A DNA stretch of 64,000 bases, taken from IMG/VR virus record IMGVR_UViG_3300029984_000001, positions 186,001-250,000 of that record; one strand, written 5' to 3'. Numbering within the stretch: the first letter of the stretch is position 1; each line of letters begins with the position of its first letter. Both the position numbers and the translations under genes were made by a program. The notes under the pieces are model-generated. The model searched no databases and had not been told where the DNA came from. It saw nothing but the letters and a program-made list of their open reading frames with translations. This document shows positions 59,925 through 64,000 of the stretch, piece by piece.

Positions 59925-61103
59925 ATGGGTGTTTCTACAAATAAATATAGACACAAGATTAAATTTATTTATAATCAAGATGGACAAATTAAGGAATTTA
60001 ATAAAGATAGTATTACTAATCTTATCATAAATTATGATTATGATAAATATAATATGCCTATTATGTACATAAAGATATCATTAGAAAAATCATTGATAGA
60101 TTATATGATAAAAAATAAGAATGATAAATATATAGGAATATATGTAGATAGTTTTATTTATGGAGATAATCTACAGATATCTACAGGTCATATTAAAGAT
60201 CAATTCATCTATTTCATGGATGAGAATTTAAATGATGTTTCTGTATTGGATTATAATAAAGAAAATACAGACTCTACAAATCAGAAGCTTGTGACTATCG
60301 GATTGATGAAATTAAGTAATATTGATAATAATAAGAAGGTCGTCAGTGGTATACATCACAATACGTCTTTACTAGAAATTTTACTTTCTAATCTCACCCA
60401 TATGAAGCTCTTAATGGAGCCTATGTCAAATGATACCGAGATAAATAGCTTTTTTATACCAGTTTATAATAGTATAGTTAAATTTTTAGAATATGTAAAT
60501 AATCAGTACTCTATTTATAATACAGACTATAGATTCTTTATAGATTATGATAAAACTTATCTTTTAAGCAATTCAGGAATTCCTGTTCCTTCTATAGATG
60601 AGAAATATAATAGAATAATATTTGATGTAAGTGATTTGACTTCTAATAATTCTAAGATAGAAGGAATGAGTATAGATGATGATGCTCAATGTTATCTAAT
60701 TCATATAACCAATAATGATATAAGTATGTTTCAAAATAAGAGTGTAATTAAAGCTACTAATACTATTATAGGTATTGATACAGAAGGTAATACTAGCACA
60801 GTATCATTAGATAATAATAGTACAATTGATACTAAGAATAAGGTTCAAATAATAAGAACTACTAACCTTAATAATATTAATAAAATAAAAAATAATATAG
60901 AAACATCTTCTACTATAGTAAATATAATAAAATCTGAAATAGATAGTTCTATATTTACTATTAATAAAGAATATATAATAAGAAATCATTCTGATACTAG
61001 AATAAATGGGAATTATTTACTTATAAGTAGAAAAGAAATTTATACTAGAAAAGATGATGCTTTTGTAATATCATGTGTATTTTCTTTACGTAAAATATCC
61101 TAG
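59925..61103 (+). CDS. Putative virion structural (tail/baseplate hub-like) protein
   Basis: Late-type promoter; beta-rich C-terminus (FTINKEY..NGNYLLISRKEIY). Confidence 0.5.
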   Translation: MGVSTNKYRHKIKFIYNQDGQIKEFNKDSITNLIINYDYDKYNMPIMYIKISLEKSLIDYMIKNKNDKYIGIYVDSFIYGDNLQISTGHIKDQFIYFMDENLNDVSVLDYNKENTDSTNQKLVTIGLMKLSNIDNNKKVVSGIHHNTSLLEILLSNLTHMKLLMEPMSNDTEINSFFIPVYNSIVKFLEYVNNQYSIYNTDYRFFIDYDKTYLLSNSGIPVPSIDEKYNRIIFDVSDLTSNNSKIEGMSIDDDAQCYLIHITNNDISMFQNKSVIKATNTIIGIDTEGNTSTVSLDNNSTIDTKNKVQIIRTTNLNNINKIKNNIETSSTIVNIIKSEIDSSIFTINKEYIIRNHSDTRINGNYLLISRKEIYTRKDDAFVISCVFSLRKIS

Positions 61104-61126
61104 TGCATAATAGCACTAGGACTTTT
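61099..61126. terminator. Bidirectional terminator
   Basis: CCTAGTGC...GCACTAGG between convergent genes. Confidence 0.7.
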
Positions 61127-62299
61127 TTATAATCCACTTGTATCTATTTTAGAATTATCAGTCCCTTGAACTGTTGCTTTATCTTCAGGTTTAGTTGTAG
61201 AAGTATCACTCTTACCAACATGATCTTTTACATGTGATCTTATAATTTGCATATAAGCTTTATACATCTCTTCACATACTTGACATTTAGCAGTCATTAA
61301 TTCACCGACAACTTTAATGTATATTTTAATCTTATCGACAGATTTATCACTACCACCTGCATTGTCAATTTGAGTTTGATCAACCTCTTTATTTGCAGTT
61401 CCTTGTTGATTTATAACAGCTTTATTAGGATCTGAAGTATTAGATACACCAGCTTGAGATGGTGTTTGATTAACAGTTGCTTGTTCTGGTGCTTTTATAT
61501 CCACTTCATTTATTACAGTATTTTCATATAAATACGATTTATAACTCCCATAGGCAAAGAAATCAAAACTTTCTTTTGTAGCTCCTGTTGGTACTGGAGC
61601 CACTGGTTCTTGAGTTTTTGCTTCTCTGCTCATTTGTTCTATTCTTTTTTGTACATCATCAGCAGCTACTTTTATATTCTTTTTATCTGTATCAAATTTC
61701 TTAGCAATAGCTTCATAATTAACACAGAAGTTATAAGCATCTGTCATATTAAATTTAGAACTTTCTATTGCTAATTCGGAATCAGATCCTCTAAATAAAA
61801 TCTTAACAGCTTCTTCAAAATTTATATCACCATTCTTCTTTTGAATAGCTTCTACTTTTTTAAAGTATTTAGTTACAAAAATTTCTTCCGATTCTAAATC
61901 TTTTTCTAAAGAACTAAAGTTAAATGCAGGAGCATATGTACCTAATAAATCGGGCTGACCAACTTGATAGTTATACATTGTGAAAGTATAATTCTGTAAG
62001 AATGTTTTCTTTAATATAATATCTTTATATTTAATAAGATAATTCTTATCTCTCTTAATCAAAGCACTCATAGCTTCTATGAACCTTCCCCATATACGAG
62101 TTAAGGCTGCTATAATCTTAGCAATAGCTCCTTTTACCTTTTCTGCTACACCTTCTGTTACTACAAACATATTATTCAATGTATTCTTCTCTTGTGCAGT
62201 TAGAACAGATTCTTGTATAGCAGCAATTAGATTAGTTTTATTAATTGTACTCTCTGATAAATATATAACGTAATTCCATTCATCACAATAATTATCCAT
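61127..62299 (-). CDS. Putative internal head protein, paralog family C
   Basis: LSES/IQES/VTEG N-terminal motifs; KIIAALTRIWGRF and LFRGSD shared with neighbours. Confidence 0.6.
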   Translation of the reverse strand: MDNYCDEWNYVIYLSESTINKTNLIAAIQESVLTAQEKNTLNNMFVVTEGVAEKVKGAIAKIIAALTRIWGRFIEAMSALIKRDKNYLIKYKDIILKKTFLQNYTFTMYNYQVGQPDLLGTYAPAFNFSSLEKDLESEEIFVTKYFKKVEAIQKKNGDINFEEAVKILFRGSDSELAIESSKFNMTDAYNFCVNYEAIAKKFDTDKKNIKVAADDVQKRIEQMSREAKTQEPVAPVPTGATKESFDFFAYGSYKSYLYENTVINEVDIKAPEQATVNQTPSQAGVSNTSDPNKAVINQQGTANKEVDQTQIDNAGGSDKSVDKIKIYIKVVGELMTAKCQVCEEMYKAYMQIIRSHVKDHVGKSDTSTTKPEDKATVQGTDNSKIDTSGL

Positions 62300-62300
62300 A

Positions 62301-63389
62301 TTATATCTCTCCTCTCTTTATTTTTTGTACTTGAGCAATTGCTTTATAGCAAACACTTCTAGAAGATTTATAACATTCTTTAAATGCATCTAATTTAGCA
62401 CTAAAAGATATAGAATGTATAGCACTCATTTCTGATATTTGATCTGTCTTGGCTTTTACAAATAGATTTAAATAATTTAGAGTCTCAGAATCAACACTAT
62501 AAGCTGCGACATTATTAGCACCTGATACTTTATTATCAAAGTTCACACTAACTTTATTACCACCATCTTTTTTATCAACTTTTAATAAACTAGATACATA
62601 ATTCTTTATATTAGTATATTGAATCTCAATTTGTTTCTTAGTATCTTCTACACTTTTCAAAGCAGTTTTATAATCTTTTACAAATAAATAAGCAGTATTT
62701 ACATTATCAGATTTAATTGTAATATCTTCTTTAGTGTCTTCATTATTTCTAAATACTTTAAATAAAGAATCTTTATAATCCTCTTTAGAAATTTTCTCTC
62801 CAGTTCTTCCAATTACTGAAGCTCTTAGAGAATCATAATAATCTCCATCTAATTTATTTTTAAATGTTTCATAGTTATTCTTAGCAGCATCTGATTTCTC
62901 TCTATTAGTTTTATTATCATCCCAAGTACCAGAATCTAATTCTATAAAACCTTCTTGGAAATTTGCTTGAGCATCTATAATAGGAATATTATCTTTAAAA
63001 GTATAAGTATAATCATTTATATCAAACTCACAAGAATCATCAAATTTACCTAATAGATCAGCATGTTTAATTAAATACTTATCAGATCTGATTGCACCAT
63101 TTATAGCTCTAACAAATCTATCCCATAAGTTTTTAATAAATGATAAGAATTTAGATATAATACTAACTACCTTGGAAGTAAAATCAGAGAACCCTTCATT
63201 AATAGCAACAACATCTGATCCTGATTCTAATAGAGATCTATATAATTGTTTATTTACTTCTATCATATTTCTTTCTGATTCTAATACATAATTTAATGTA
63301 GTTGCAAAGAAATTTTCTTCTATACCACTTGTAGTAGATAAATCATTAGAATTGGTTTCATTAAGACTTAAACACTTTATATCAAACAT
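62301..63389 (-). CDS. Putative internal head protein, paralog family C
   Basis: LNET/VLES/LLES/INEG; SIISKFLSFIKNLWDRF; VFRNNED. Confidence 0.6.
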   Translation of the reverse strand: MFDIKCLSLNETNSNDLSTTSGIEENFFATTLNYVLESERNMIEVNKQLYRSLLESGSDVVAINEGFSDFTSKVVSIISKFLSFIKNLWDRFVRAINGAIRSDKYLIKHADLLGKFDDSCEFDINDYTYTFKDNIPIIDAQANFQEGFIELDSGTWDDNKTNREKSDAAKNNYETFKNKLDGDYYDSLRASVIGRTGEKISKEDYKDSLFKVFRNNEDTKEDITIKSDNVNTAYLFVKDYKTALKSVEDTKKQIEIQYTNIKNYVSSLLKVDKKDGGNKVSVNFDNKVSGANNVAAYSVDSETLNYLNLFVKAKTDQISEMSAIHSISFSAKLDAFKECYKSSRSVCYKAIAQVQKIKRGEI

Positions 63390-63457
63390 TAATTATTCCT
63401 CCTTTAAAATTTATAAAAAACGAAAGGGTAAATAATACCCTTTCATTAATTTATATA

Positions 63458-64000
63458 CTAAACAAATGATAAATCATTAGGCATTTCATAACCTTCTTTA
63501 GCAGTCTTAGTTATTAATCTAAGAGCAACACCTTTATTTTGTCTATTTCTAGCTTTAATAGCAGTCAAGTACGCTCCATTATAAGTTTGAATAGCAGATA
63601 AACAAGTCTTTAGATCTTCTACATCATATGTGCAAGCTCTTTGAGCATCCCCATTTTCAACAGATCCTGTTTCTTTACCAAGACTTTTCTTTCTACCATC
63701 TACTATACTGATTAATTTATTAATGAATGTTTTAACAGATTTATACGCTTTCATTGCATCAGTTTTATCTTGTTTAGCTGATGTAATTTCTGATACGATA
63801 TTATCTGCATTTATAGTAACATTAACTTTAGAATCTTCACCCTTTCTAAATAATTTAAATAATTCTTTAGAATATTCAGAAGATGATAATTCACTTTGAC
63901 CTAATGCAGCTCCTCTTATTTTTGCTGATATTTCTTCAGACTTAGTATCTTTATGTGAAGATAAAATTTCTGAATCACTTCTTGTAAAGTATTTAGATAA
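63458..64000 (-). CDS. Putative internal head protein, paralog family C (5' truncated by window end)
   Basis: Frame is open from 64000 down to the 63754 Met; LFKLFRKGEDS and AYLTAIKARNRQ resemble the neighbours. Confidence 0.65.
   Translation of the reverse strand, partial: LSKYFTRSDSEILSSHKDTKSEEISAKIRGAALGQSELSSSEYSKELFKLFRKGEDSKVNVTINADNIVSEITSAKQDKTDAMKAYKSVKTFINKLISIVDGRKKSLGKETGSVENGDAQRACTYDVEDLKTCLSAIQTYNGAYLTAIKARNRQNKGVALRLITKTAKEGYEMPNDLSFV

Noticed and set aside
2776-62273. Many short ORFs in the track antisense to or overlapping long genes (e.g. 4009, 9110, 17467, 25521, 41147)
   Set aside because: They are shadow frames of AT-rich coding DNA, rich in F/L/I/S, with no RBS or promoter.
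1-64000. Cellular chromosome, eukaryotic giant virus, or evidence of a phage nucleus
   Set aside because: Split RNAP subunits, bacterial RBSs and head/baseplate genes indicate a jumbo phage. I recognised no chimallin or tubulin gene here, so a nucleus can be neither claimed nor excluded.
1-64000. tRNA/rRNA genes, reverse transcriptase, retron or DGR, integrase
   Set aside because: No cloverleaf, rRNA-like region, YxDD RT motif or recombinase motif was recognised.

Overview
This window is an AT-rich segment of a jumbo phage genome of the PBS1/AR9/phiR1-37 (phiKZ-related) type. The host is probably a spore-forming Firmicute (Clostridium-like), judged from strong AAGGAGG RBSs and Spo0A-C-, DUF3232- and Bsp6I-like genes. 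It encodes a family-B DNA polymerase, two multisubunit RNA polymerase beta' pieces, a probable sigma-like factor, primase, SF2 helicase, a GroEL-like chaperonin, dCTP deaminase, prohead protease, major capsid protein, baseplate and internal head proteins, and many small accessory genes. Two group I introns could be reconstructed to the nucleotide. One splits the DNA polymerase DTDS motif and the other the RNAP DYDGD motif. Two promoter classes recur: TT(G/A)TATATTATA and AAC(A/T/C)-N6-T(A/G). The most novel signal is a short peptide motif, F-M-x-R-(D/E), at the extreme N- or C-terminus of RNAP beta'C, helicase, the sigma-like factor, three homing endonucleases and a DNA-binding protein, and as FMER twice in DNA polymerase. 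It was not seen in any structural protein, which suggests an undescribed docking or targeting tag. All family assignments come from motif recognition by eye; no database searches were run.
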